DNA from: a virus
IMG/VR virus record: IMGVR_UViG_3300045988_171958
Coordinates: 160,001 to 224,000 of that record
Direction: 5' to 3' (one strand)
Length of the DNA stretch: 64,000 nt
The position numbers were made by a program, and so were the translations under genes. Shown here one piece after another: positions 27,459 to 36,515 of this stretch (position 1 is the stretch's first letter; the number at the start of each line of letters is the position of its first letter). The notes under the pieces were generated by a model, which ran no database searches, was not told the origin of the DNA, and saw only the letters and a list, made by a program, of their open reading frames with translations.

Positions 27459-27484
27459 ATGTTCAAATCATAAATTCTTAGAAT

Positions 27485-27829
27485 ATGAAAAGAGTAAGTA
27501 GAAATTTACAATCAGTTATCAAGTCGGATGTAAAACCAGTATTTGGTGGTACTATGTATACAGTAAACTATATTCTCAATGAGAAAGATAATACAGTACA
27601 TAGAAACATCTTATGTCTTGTAGAAGTATTGCCTGCTAAGAAAGATGATAAGCCTATTGCAAGTTGTACACCACACAATATGAAATTCTTCAAAATAAAA
27701 GAGAATGGAGAACCAGAACAGCTCTATCTTTGGAGTTGGGAATTCATGACAGATGAATTTAAGAAGAATTACAATTATGTGAACAATACAATAAATAGAT
27801 TATATAAGAAAGGAAAGATAAATGTTTAA
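27485..27829 (+). CDS. hypothetical protein (114 aa)
   Basis: ORF; no polymerase motifs. Confidence 0.5.
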   Translation: MKRVSRNLQSVIKSDVKPVFGGTMYTVNYILNEKDNTVHRNILCLVEVLPAKKDDKPIASCTPHNMKFFKIKENGEPEQLYLWSWEFMTDEFKKNYNYVNNTINRLYKKGKINV

Positions 27830-28115
27830 GGTAACAGAAATGGATCATTTTCACGATTGGTTGAAGAATGAACTTGATGCAATGATAGACCAAAATGTTT
27901 CTATTAAAGTTCCTGAATTAATACCATCTCCAAGAGGATTTGGTGCTAGTATAGAACGAGTAGAACATATTGGTAAAGTATTGAATTCAAGAGTAACATT
28001 AGTAGCACCTAAGAATGTCAAATATCCAGTATATAAATGTGAATTGAGAATTCACAATAAAGATGGTAAGAAAGAATGGCTTACTTTGAATGATGCTTAT
28101 CTTAAGGTATTGTAA
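27822..28115 (+). CDS. hypothetical protein (97 aa)
   Basis: ORF. Confidence 0.5.
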   Translation: MFKVTEMDHFHDWLKNELDAMIDQNVSIKVPELIPSPRGFGASIERVEHIGKVLNSRVTLVAPKNVKYPVYKCELRIHNKDGKKEWLTLNDAYLKVL

Positions 28116-28120
28116 ATTAT

Positions 28121-30004
28121 ATGGCAAAGACAATAGAACAAAAATATAAAGAATTATCAGAACAACAGCATGTGATCCTTCGCCCAAATATGTATGTAGG
28201 GTCTATTAAACCAGAACTTTCTACTCAGTTTGTTTTTGATTATAAAGAACAGATGATGGTACAGAAAGAAGTAGAATATGTTCCGGGTATTTTAAAGCTT
28301 ATTGATGAGGTTATATCAAATTCATGTGATGAATATCGTAGACCTGATAATCTTGGCCTTACTAATGTTTCTGTTACTGTAATGAAAGATAATACTATAG
28401 TAATAGAAGATAATGGTGGAATTCCTGTTGTTAAGCATAAAGATGCTGGCGTGATGCTTCCAAGATTTATTTTTGGTAGACTTCGTACTTCTTCTAATTA
28501 TAATGATGATGAAGATAGAGCAGGCCTTGGACAAAATGGAATTGGAGCTAGTTTGACAGCTATTTTTTCATCATATTTTGGTGTAATGACTGATGATGGA
28601 AAGAAGCGATGGCTCGGTAACTGGAAAAACAATATGTCTGAATTCTACGATGAGGAAATAGAAAAATCTTCTAAGAAGAATCATGGAACTAGGATTACAT
28701 TTCATCTTGACTTTTCTAGATTTGAAGGTATAGATAAGTTTGACAGAACATTCAAGGATATCATATTGACACGTTGTATCAATGCTGCAGCTGCTAATCC
28801 TGGATTGAAGGTAACATATAAAGATGTTGATGTATGTGGTGAATATAAGTTTGACAATTTCAAAGACTATATTGACTTATATAGAAACTATGTTACTTTG
28901 AAGGATTGTATAGAGATGAAAGATGAACATAAGCATGTCTATGTATATCCTGATGGAGCTATCAATATTGGATTTGTCAATGGAGGTATTTGCAATAAAG
29001 GTACTCATGTTAAAGCATTGCACCAAATCATCAATACTACTGTATGTGATTTTCTTAAGAAGAAAGATAAGATTGATTTGCTTCCACGACAAGTTGATGG
29101 CAACTATAGTATGTTTTGCGACTTGACTATTTCTAATCCATCTTATGATTCTCAGACTAAGGAATGCTTGACCACCCCTGTAGAGAAATTCTATAAAGAT
29201 GAAAATGTTAAGTTTGAGCTTCCAAACAAATTTCTTGATTCTGTTGTAAAGTCTGAAATCATAGATAATGTAAGAGATTGGTATAAGAAGAAATGTGAAG
29301 CAGAAGACCAACGTACTCTTCGTAAACTCAATAAAGAAGCAAGCAAAGGTCTTCGTCGTTCTGATAAGTATGTGACTTGTTCATCAAAAAAGAAACAAGG
29401 TAAGCAGCTTTGGATTTATGAAGGTGATTCTGCCGCAAGAGGTCTTCGTATTGGTAGAGATCCAGAAACCCAAGCTGGTTATGTAATGAGAGGTGTACCA
29501 CCTAACTCATTGGATATGTCGCCATTGCAGATTATGAAGAATGATGTGTTCAATGATATCATTACTATTTTAGGTCTTAAGTTTGGTGATGACTTCAATA
29601 TCAATGATTTGAAATTCGATAAGATTGTAATATCTACTGATGCAGATATTGATGGAGATAAGATTGCAGCATTGTTGCTTCTCCTTTTTTCTAGATGGCC
29701 AATTCTTTTTGAGAAGGGTATAGTATGCAGAAGCATTACTCCTATCATTATTGCAAAGAAAGGTAAAGAAGTAAAGAAGTATTATAGTCAAGAAGAATTT
29801 GATAAAGATGCAAGAAAGCTTAAAGGATATATGATTAAATACGTCAAAGGTCTTTCCGGTCTTGATGCATCTGAAACAAAGGAATCAATGAGAAACCCTA
29901 TCTTCATGCATTTCAAGATTGATGATTTGACAAAGTCAATGTTCAAGAAATGGTTTGGTAAGAATAGTAATGATCGAAAAGAAATGATGGGAGATTTAGT
30001 ATGA
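28121..30004 (+). CDS. type II DNA topoisomerase large subunit (GyrB/ParE-like; T4 gp39(+gp60)-like, 627 aa)
   Basis: GHKL motifs EVISNSCDE, EDNGGIP, GQNGIGAS; Toprim EGDSAA and STDADIDGDKI. Confidence 0.9.
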   Translation: MAKTIEQKYKELSEQQHVILRPNMYVGSIKPELSTQFVFDYKEQMMVQKEVEYVPGILKLIDEVISNSCDEYRRPDNLGLTNVSVTVMKDNTIVIEDNGGIPVVKHKDAGVMLPRFIFGRLRTSSNYNDDEDRAGLGQNGIGASLTAIFSSYFGVMTDDGKKRWLGNWKNNMSEFYDEEIEKSSKKNHGTRITFHLDFSRFEGIDKFDRTFKDIILTRCINAAAANPGLKVTYKDVDVCGEYKFDNFKDYIDLYRNYVTLKDCIEMKDEHKHVYVYPDGAINIGFVNGGICNKGTHVKALHQIINTTVCDFLKKKDKIDLLPRQVDGNYSMFCDLTISNPSYDSQTKECLTTPVEKFYKDENVKFELPNKFLDSVVKSEIIDNVRDWYKKKCEAEDQRTLRKLNKEASKGLRRSDKYVTCSSKKKQGKQLWIYEGDSAARGLRIGRDPETQAGYVMRGVPPNSLDMSPLQIMKNDVFNDIITILGLKFGDDFNINDLKFDKIVISTDADIDGDKIAALLLLLFSRWPILFEKGIVCRSITPIIIAKKGKEVKKYYSQEEFDKDARKLKGYMIKYVKGLSGLDASETKESMRNPIFMHFKIDDLTKSMFKKWFGKNSNDRKEMMGDLV

Positions 30005-31038
30005 CAGATATTGAAATAATAAATGCATATAAAGATAAAACTAAAATTTATTTTGTAGGTATGAAAGAAGAAATTAAATCATATCTACAAAATAGATTTA
30101 ATGATAGTGATTCTATAAAAGAAAGTTTTTATAGAGTTATGAATAAAATATATGATAGACCAACATGTAAATATTGTAATGGACATGTTAAATTTGTTTG
30201 GAAAGAAAAAAGATTTTTAAAATATTGTTGTTTATCATGTAAAATGAAAGTTGAATCTCCATTTAAAAGAAAAGAAATACAAAATAAAATAAAAGAAAGA
30301 AATATTGAAAAATATGGAGTAGACAATGTTTTCAAATTAAAAGAATTCCATGATAAATCTAAACAAACAAAATTAGATAGATATGGGGATGAAAATTATA
30401 ATAATAAGGAAAAATTTAAAGAAACATGTTTAAAGAAATATGGTGTAAATGCTCCATCACAAAATAAAGAAATAAGAAGAAAACAAATTGAAACTTCAAT
30501 AAAAAGATATGGGGGTGTATTCCATAAAGAAGAAGTTTCTAAAACAATTAAAAGAAAATACGGGGTTGATTGGTTTGTATATTCAGATAAATTAAAAGAA
30601 AAGGCAAATAGTGATGAAGCCCATTATAAAGCATATATTACTAAGAAGAAAAATAAATCTTTTGGACCTCAATCAAAAATGGAAAATATTTGTTATTTAT
30701 ATCTTAGTTTATATTATCCAGATATAATAAGACAATATAGAGATAATAAAAGATATCCATATAATTGTGATTTTTATATACCATGTTTAGATATGTTTGT
30801 TGAATTTCAAGGATATTATACACATGGTACACATCCTTATAATAAAAATTCTATTAAAGATCAAGTAATATTAGAAAGATTTAAGTCAAAATATAAAGAT
30901 TGGAAGAAACTTCCACAAATTATATCAACATGGACAATTAAAGATGTAGAAAAAAGAAATTTTGCTAAACAAAATAATTTGAATTATAAGGAATTTTTTA
31001 CTATTGATGAATTAAAAGATTGGTTAGAAAATGGATAA
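30001..31038 (+). mobile_element. homing-endonuclease-like gene, family copy 2 (345 aa)
   Basis: Same architecture: CKYCNG..CLSC, about five (K/R)YG repeats, YPYNCDFYIP..FVEFQGYYTHGTH. Start overlaps the upstream stop (ATGA) and its stop overlaps the next start. Confidence 0.7.
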
Positions 31039-32437
31039 GAAAAATAAAGATAAAGTAATAATTAAAAAAAATATAGATAAAAATGTTACAGAGTTTCTTA
31101 ATGTTGATTATCTAAATTACAGTTTATATACCATATCTTCAAGGGCTATTCCTTCTATATGTGATGGGTTTAAACCAGGAGCAAGAAAGATTGTACATGC
31201 AATGTTTGAAGGATCATTAAAAAATGGTGCAACAACAAAATTACTTGCACTTGTTGGAGATACAATGAAAATATCTCTTTTTGCCCATGGAGATCAAAGT
31301 CTTATTGGTAGTATATGTACATTGGCTAAAGCTTTTTATAACTTTTATAACCCACTAGAAATCGAAGGCCAAGGAGGATATCTTCGTAGTCCAGAAGCTG
31401 GAGCACCTCGATATCTATATATAAGAAAGTCAAAGTATGCAGACTTAGTATACAAGACAGATTATGATTTGCTGAAGTATGTATTTGAAGAAGGTGATTA
31501 TGTTGAACCAGAACATTACCTTCCTATTGTGCCAACAGTTCTTTCTAATACAACTATGGGTATTGCTAATGGATATTCTTTCCATAGCAATGCTTGGAAT
31601 CCAGTAGATGTGCTTGATTGTTGTTTAGAGATTCTCAAAAGTAAGAAAGGTGTAGAAAAGTTTAAGACAGTTGTAAGACCTTATTTGAGGGATATCCCAC
31701 AAGACAATTGGAAGTTAGAATCTGGTCAGTGGTATTGCTATGGTGAATGGAAGACAAATCAAGCAAAAGATCTGATGACAATCACTAATTTGCCATCTGA
31801 TACTACTTATGTTGAATTTGAAAAATTGCTGAATAGACTTTGTGACAAACAAGAAATCAAAGACTATAAAGACTTGTCAGAAGATGGCAATGTACATTAT
31901 GAAGTACAATTCTTCAAAGGTCAACTTGCAAAAGAAATCAAATCAGATAGGTCAGGTAAGAGATTAGCTAATAAGTTCAAGCTCATTAAGAAACTTCCAG
32001 AAGATTTGCTTTGGTTGCTTGATGAGAATGGTAAGCTCAAATATTTCAAAGACAGATATGAAGTTATCAGATATTTTGTAAATTGGAGATTGTCTGTTTA
32101 TGTTGAGAGAAAGAAGAAGCTTGTAAAGATACTTGAAGAGAAATACAAGAACAATTCGGAATTGGTAAAGTTCATTGAACTTGTATGTAAAGGTAAGCTT
32201 AAGATTCGTAACAGAAGTAAGGTTGATATCAAACCAGATATGGATGCACAACACTTACCAATGGCATTGTTAGCAACACCTATGTCAAAAGTAACTATAG
32301 AAGAAAGAGATGAACTTTTGAAGCAGAATGAGGAAATTAAAAAGCAACTTGAATACATTAAGAATACAACAGAAAAGCAGATGTATATAAATGACTTGCA
32401 GTCATTGAAGCAATCCTTGTTAAAGGATTTTAAATGA
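31031..32437 (+). CDS. type II DNA topoisomerase cleavage subunit (GyrA/ParC-like; T4 gp52-like, 468 aa)
   Basis: SSRAIPSICDGFKPGARKIVHA (GyrA N-terminal signature) and GAPRYLY (catalytic Tyr context). Confidence 0.8.
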   Translation: MDKKNKDKVIIKKNIDKNVTEFLNVDYLNYSLYTISSRAIPSICDGFKPGARKIVHAMFEGSLKNGATTKLLALVGDTMKISLFAHGDQSLIGSICTLAKAFYNFYNPLEIEGQGGYLRSPEAGAPRYLYIRKSKYADLVYKTDYDLLKYVFEEGDYVEPEHYLPIVPTVLSNTTMGIANGYSFHSNAWNPVDVLDCCLEILKSKKGVEKFKTVVRPYLRDIPQDNWKLESGQWYCYGEWKTNQAKDLMTITNLPSDTTYVEFEKLLNRLCDKQEIKDYKDLSEDGNVHYEVQFFKGQLAKEIKSDRSGKRLANKFKLIKKLPEDLLWLLDENGKLKYFKDRYEVIRYFVNWRLSVYVERKKKLVKILEEKYKNNSELVKFIELVCKGKLKIRNRSKVDIKPDMDAQHLPMALLATPMSKVTIEERDELLKQNEEIKKQLEYIKNTTEKQMYINDLQSLKQSLLKDFK

Positions 32438-32500
32438 TTCAAGTTTATATCAATGACTTGCAGTCATTACGTAAATCAATTTTATTGGATATAAGATAAG
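32385..32500. repeat. degenerate tandem duplication of the last ~15 codons of the gp52-like gene
   Basis: TATATAAATGACTTGCAGTCATTGAAG (32385) vs TATATCAATGACTTGCAGTCATTACG (32446). The second copy would read YINDLQSLRKSILLD vs the genuine YINDLQSLKQSLLKD. Confidence 0.8.
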
Positions 32501-32513
32501 GTTCATCCTGGAA

Positions 32514-32592
32514 GCGCCTGGGTCACACAGGGAGCGGAAAAATACTTAGAAGTATAAATTATAACCTAAGAAAAATTTCCACTCCCTGTGTG
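32514..32592 (+). ncRNA. GC-box hairpin element, copy B
   Basis: GCGCCTGGGTCACACAGGGAGCGG at 32514-32537; 11-bp perfect stem CACACAGGGAG (32524-32534) / CTCCCTGTGTG (32582-32592); inner GGAAA/TTTCC and CTTAG/CTAAG pairs. Confidence 0.65.
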
Positions 32593-32660
32593 CATAACTT
32601 TAGTTCTTGAACAGAACTGAAAGAGATGTTCATTATTTTATGGAAATTTTTTAAATTCAT

Positions 32661-32690
32661 TTTGAAATTTTTAGAATTGATACTATTTTA
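32661..32690 (+). promoter_or_regulatory. repeated promoter cassette TTTGAAATTT-N12-TACTATTTTA + conserved leader
   Basis: TTTG at 32661, CTAT at 32683 (offset 22). Leader TATCTGAACAAAATAAT matches the cassettes at 53561 and 54639. Confidence 0.65.
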
Positions 32691-32707
32691 TATCTGAACA
32701 AAATAAT

Positions 32708-32971
32708 ATGATTATGAGATTTATAATTTATAAGAACAGTAGAAAATATTCAAATATCAAATTTACAGATATTGATGAATGCAAGGAATTCATTAAGTTC
32801 AATGGAGACCATGATGAAGCAGCATCAAAAGGATGGTACTTTGATTTTTATGAATATCCTTCTGGTAAGTTTGTAACACGTCTTGTAGTAGAAGATACTG
32901 ATAAAGGTCTTGTATTTACGGAGAATTGCCCAGAAAAGACACCAAGAAACAGAAGATTCAATAATAAATAA
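32708..32971 (+). CDS. hypothetical protein (87 aa)
   Basis: ORF after a promoter cassette. Confidence 0.5.
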   Translation: MIMRFIIYKNSRKYSNIKFTDIDECKEFIKFNGDHDEAASKGWYFDFYEYPSGKFVTRLVVEDTDKGLVFTENCPEKTPRNRRFNNK

Positions 32972-32980
32972 ACATATATT

Positions 32981-33364
32981 ATGACTAATTATTTCAATTT
33001 TGATATCAGTAAAGAAGCTTCAGTTTTTACTACAGCATTCTATATTGTTGGATATAGTGACTATCTGAAGAAATTGATGATGGATGATCCTAATGTTCTT
33101 CCTAATTATTCATCACTTCCGGTATATGTTCAAGATTTGGATATGGTAAACAATAAGCTTGAATTGAAATATCCTGCTTATTATATTACAGTCGAATGTA
33201 ATATGATTAATCGAGAAGAAGATGAAGAGTTCATTGTAAAATGTTGGCCAGTTATGGATAATGTTGGAATTCTGACAACACAAGGAAAGTCAACAAACAT
33301 GAACTTTAATGAATACAAGACATTCATATCAATGTTTGAAACAGATACTGATTATATTAGTTAA
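32981..33364 (+). CDS. hypothetical protein (127 aa)
   Basis: ORF. Confidence 0.5.
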   Translation: MTNYFNFDISKEASVFTTAFYIVGYSDYLKKLMMDDPNVLPNYSSLPVYVQDLDMVNNKLELKYPAYYITVECNMINREEDEEFIVKCWPVMDNVGILTTQGKSTNMNFNEYKTFISMFETDTDYIS

Positions 33365-33379
33365 TTTAAAATTATAGAC

Positions 33380-34306
33380 ATGAAAAATAATATTCTTACA
33401 CCTATCAAATGGACTGGCTGCAAACGTACACAAGCAGATAGGATTATCAAACAGATGCCTAATGACATTACTTCTTATTGTGAATTATTTCTTGGTTCTG
33501 GAGCGGTAATGCTTAAGTTGTTGAATGACTTTCCTGAAAAACTAGCAAATTGCAAACATGTAATTTGTTCTGATACTAATGCTGATTTAATTATGATGTG
33601 GAAGCTCATTAAAGACAATCCAAATAAGTTAATTGACTTCTATACTAAAGAATGGAAAGAAAGAAATACATATCTTGGAAAACTTCAACCAGAGAATAAT
33701 GAAGGTGAAATGGTCAATCATCGTAATACACATTATTATGCTCTTCGTGATAAGTACAATACACATTATCTTAAAGGAACAGAAGATGGTGCAATGGAAT
33801 TGATGACATTGCTTGCATTTAATTTTAATGGACTAGTTCGTTATGGCAAGAAAGGATTTAATGCAGCTTGTATGCCTGTTGTTCCTGGAATGCACCCAGA
33901 TAACAAGAAAGAAATCATTATGAAGTGTAATGAATTGACTAAGAAATATAATGTCCAATTTGAAAATGCTTCTTATGACTCATTATATATTCCAATGAAT
34001 TCTACTATTTATTTGGATCCTCCTTATAAGATGTTCCTTAATGAAAATGCTTCTGGTATTTATAATTCTGATGAATTTAACCTTAAAAATTTCTATAATT
34101 GGTGTAATGAAACATCAAAGGATTGCAATATGCTAGTTAGTTTTGATGGTGGTACTGCAGGGGATGAAGGTTTTCCAGAATGTAATGGTTGGACAAAAAT
34201 TACTAATGATACTGGAACTAGCAAATTCAGACGTCAAATGTCTAAGACAAGAGAACCTAACAAGGTATTGAAAACAAAAGAATCATTATACGTTAAATTA
34301 AAATAA
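33380..34306 (+). CDS. DNA N6-adenine methyltransferase (Dam / D12 class, 308 aa)
   Basis: N-terminal IKWTGCKR and FLGSGAV (AdoMet site); catalytic IYLDPPY. Confidence 0.8.
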   Translation: MKNNILTPIKWTGCKRTQADRIIKQMPNDITSYCELFLGSGAVMLKLLNDFPEKLANCKHVICSDTNADLIMMWKLIKDNPNKLIDFYTKEWKERNTYLGKLQPENNEGEMVNHRNTHYYALRDKYNTHYLKGTEDGAMELMTLLAFNFNGLVRYGKKGFNAACMPVVPGMHPDNKKEIIMKCNELTKKYNVQFENASYDSLYIPMNSTIYLDPPYKMFLNENASGIYNSDEFNLKNFYNWCNETSKDCNMLVSFDGGTAGDEGFPECNGWTKITNDTGTSKFRRQMSKTREPNKVLKTKESLYVKLK

Positions 34307-34314
34307 CTTAAGTC

Positions 34315-34836
34315 ATGACAGAAACTAGAAGATTAGAATATGATATTGTATACATGAACATGGCTTCATGTTTGAAGGATTTGAGTTTTGCGACAAGAAG
34401 TAAGGTTGGTTGTATTATTGTAAGTTCTGATGATCAGATTATTGCACAAGGATACAATGGTATGCCAAAGGGATTTCCAAATGAATGTGAACATCTTGAT
34501 GAAAATGGCAATCTTGTAACAAATGATGAAGTATTGCATGCTGAATCTAATGCCATTGCTAAATGTGCTAAGTGTTCTGAAGGTCAATGTAAAGGTGCCA
34601 CAGCTTATGTTTCATTGAGCCCTTGCTTGCAGTGTTCAAAGCTTATTATTCAATCTGGTATTAAGAGAGTTGTGTTTAGAGAAGAGTATCGAGATGTTAC
34701 TCCATTGATATTCTTATTGAAAGGTGGTATCGAAGTACAGATGCTTGATACTTTACATAAGAAGTTGATTGAATATACTTTTGACAAGGAAGTAGGAACT
34801 TTATATAAAGACTATTATGCATATTTAACTGTTTAA
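34315..34836 (+). CDS. dCMP deaminase (173 aa)
   Basis: Zinc-binding HAESNAI ... SPCLQCSKLI (HAE / PCxxC). Confidence 0.85.
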   Translation: MTETRRLEYDIVYMNMASCLKDLSFATRSKVGCIIVSSDDQIIAQGYNGMPKGFPNECEHLDENGNLVTNDEVLHAESNAIAKCAKCSEGQCKGATAYVSLSPCLQCSKLIIQSGIKRVVFREEYRDVTPLIFLLKGGIEVQMLDTLHKKLIEYTFDKEVGTLYKDYYAYLTV

Positions 34837-34847
34837 TTTAATTATCT

Positions 34848-35492
34848 ATGTTCAATAAAGAAAAGAGTATACCAGAAGAGCAATTGCATTGTCCATATAT
34901 CAGCAATTATGGTTTTGTAATTGATTATACATTTGCAAGCAGATTATTTCATTTCTTGGCTAGAATGTATAAGGATGCTGCTACATTACCTCCTGGATAT
35001 GAAGAAGAATATGAATATCTTCTTAAGAGTGCAAGTAAGTTGAAAATATGGCAAATGGGAGTACCAAGTAAATTGAATGAAAATTATTTCAATAACTTGA
35101 AGTCTATCAAGATTGATCCAAACTTAATTAAGTACCTTTCAAATATCAATTGTCCTAATGCATTTGATGTTGATAAGTATTTGAACAAACCATCAGATGA
35201 TGATAAAACGGTACAACACAGATATGACCAAGCCTATATTGCTGTAAATGAGAATGGAGAGTATCGTGTTTTTGAAGGATATCCATATCGTCATACAGAA
35301 AAAGTATTTGTTGAAGATACTACTAAATGGGAAGAAGACTATTATGGTAAAGAACATCATCCTTATGTATGGAATGGAAAATTCAACAAATATTGGTCTT
35401 CTGCTAGTGGTAGAGGTGCTTATGTAAATAAAGAATGTTTACCAGCAGTTTATCAGAATATGAGTTGGGATGATGATCCTAAAGCTATGTAA
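34848..35492 (+). CDS. hypothetical protein (214 aa)
   Basis: ORF. Confidence 0.55.
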   Translation: MFNKEKSIPEEQLHCPYISNYGFVIDYTFASRLFHFLARMYKDAATLPPGYEEEYEYLLKSASKLKIWQMGVPSKLNENYFNNLKSIKIDPNLIKYLSNINCPNAFDVDKYLNKPSDDDKTVQHRYDQAYIAVNENGEYRVFEGYPYRHTEKVFVEDTTKWEEDYYGKEHHPYVWNGKFNKYWSSASGRGAYVNKECLPAVYQNMSWDDDPKAM

Positions 35493-35495
35493 ATT

Positions 35496-35801
35496 ATGAA
35501 ATATCTTAAACTAGAAATAGGTAATGATCCATTTGATGAACCAAAACGAGTACTTACTTTTGGTAAGTTTAAAGGACACACTATAAAGGAAGTGTATGAT
35601 TACAACACATCAAGAAACAAGAATGGCTATCTTGAATGGTGCCTAGCTAATATTGATGGTTTCAAAGATGAGTTGAATGAAACAGAACTTGAAATAGCAG
35701 AATCAGATTACTTCCGAGGAGTTTCTGGTTATGGAAGAGATGATTGGGAAAGTCCTAGTCCTTGGTTTGGTCCAGAAGATGGATATATTTGTTGCATGTA
35801 A
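35496..35801 (+). CDS. hypothetical protein (101 aa), DUF3820-like (weak)
   Basis: FGKFKGHTIKEV...YLEWCL resembles the exodeoxyribonuclease X C-terminal-type motif (from memory). Confidence 0.45.
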   Translation: MKYLKLEIGNDPFDEPKRVLTFGKFKGHTIKEVYDYNTSRNKNGYLEWCLANIDGFKDELNETELEIAESDYFRGVSGYGRDDWESPSPWFGPEDGYICCM

Positions 35802-35832
35802 AATAAATAAGTTAATATTAATAAAATCCACT

Positions 35833-36474
35833 ATGAATCTTACAATTGCAATAACCGTCTTAAATGACAATACTCACAAGCTGATAGGTCCTTACAATGG
35901 ATGCCCTATACTTTATGTGAGAGATGAAGACAATCCTGATAAGAAGCAAGGTCTACGTACTGATGAGTTTTTCAACTATTTATATAAGAATGGATGTTTC
36001 AAAGAAGTAGAAGATTATATAGGAACAAAATTCTATTTGTCTTGGTTCAATATTATTGATGGACAAGAATTTACTGAATCTGATACTTGTACTTTACAAG
36101 ATATTTTTCCTTTATATATAGAAGGTTTTCCACAAAATTTTCATTATATAGAGGAATTAGATGAAGATCCTAGAGCGTTCTTAGTTTGGAACATCCTTCG
36201 TGACTGTTTCAATTACATATATAAAGCAAACTTTGATGAGATGATATCAGGAGTAGATATTGGATATCGTGGAAGTGTCAATACTAATAATACTAACGAG
36301 TTTGTCAATGTATATAGAAAAGTAAAGGAGAGGTTTGGAGCAAATGTTTCTAAAGAGAAATTCATTCAATCGATACAAGAAAGATTACAGAAAAGAGAAA
36401 AATGGAATCTGACAGAGAAGAATATCAATGGTGTTGTAAATATCTTACGTAACATATTAGAAAACGAACAATAA
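35833..36474 (+). CDS. hypothetical protein, paralog of 55386..55979 (213 aa from ATG 35833)
   Basis: MNLTIAITVLND..GPYNGCPILYVRDEDNPD.. aligns with MNLTTAISIVND..GPHKGCPVLYIKDEDDPD.. The track start 35731 overlaps the upstream gene. Confidence 0.65.
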   Translation: MNLTIAITVLNDNTHKLIGPYNGCPILYVRDEDNPDKKQGLRTDEFFNYLYKNGCFKEVEDYIGTKFYLSWFNIIDGQEFTESDTCTLQDIFPLYIEGFPQNFHYIEELDEDPRAFLVWNILRDCFNYIYKANFDEMISGVDIGYRGSVNTNNTNEFVNVYRKVKERFGANVSKEKFIQSIQERLQKREKWNLTEKNINGVVNILRNILENEQ

Positions 36475-36481
36475 AACAATT

Positions 36482-36515
36482 AAGGGGAATTTTGAACTTT
36501 TGTTTGAAATTCCCT
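36482..36515 (+). terminator. imperfect stem-loop AAGGGGAATTT...AAATTCCCTT overlapping the next -33 box
   Basis: 10-11 bp stem after stop 36474; no clear T run. Confidence 0.45.

Noticed and set aside
26300-27484. Intein or group I intron interrupting polB
   Set aside because: No intein splice-junction blocks are visible, and no polymerase exon (motif B/C) follows the endonuclease ORF. A free-standing insertion at a split gene fits better.
28322-29791. Minus-strand ORFs (70-144 aa) and a + alternate-frame ORF within the topoisomerase large-subunit gene
   Set aside because: They overlap a frame with unambiguous GHKL and Toprim motifs.
32514-32537. Resemblance of GGGTCACAC..AGGGAG to single-subunit RNA polymerase promoters (T7/K11-type ...CACTATAGGGAGA)
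   Set aside because: The TATA core is missing and no T7-like RNA polymerase gene is in the window. Two copies would fire into converging genes and one is inverted.
32514-32592. Resemblance of CGCCTGGG to the conserved 3' segment of the ZTP (pfl) riboswitch, and vague similarity to twister-type ribozyme cores
   Set aside because: The required 5' subdomain and other conserved cores are not present upstream. The elements also sit after genes, not in 5' leaders.
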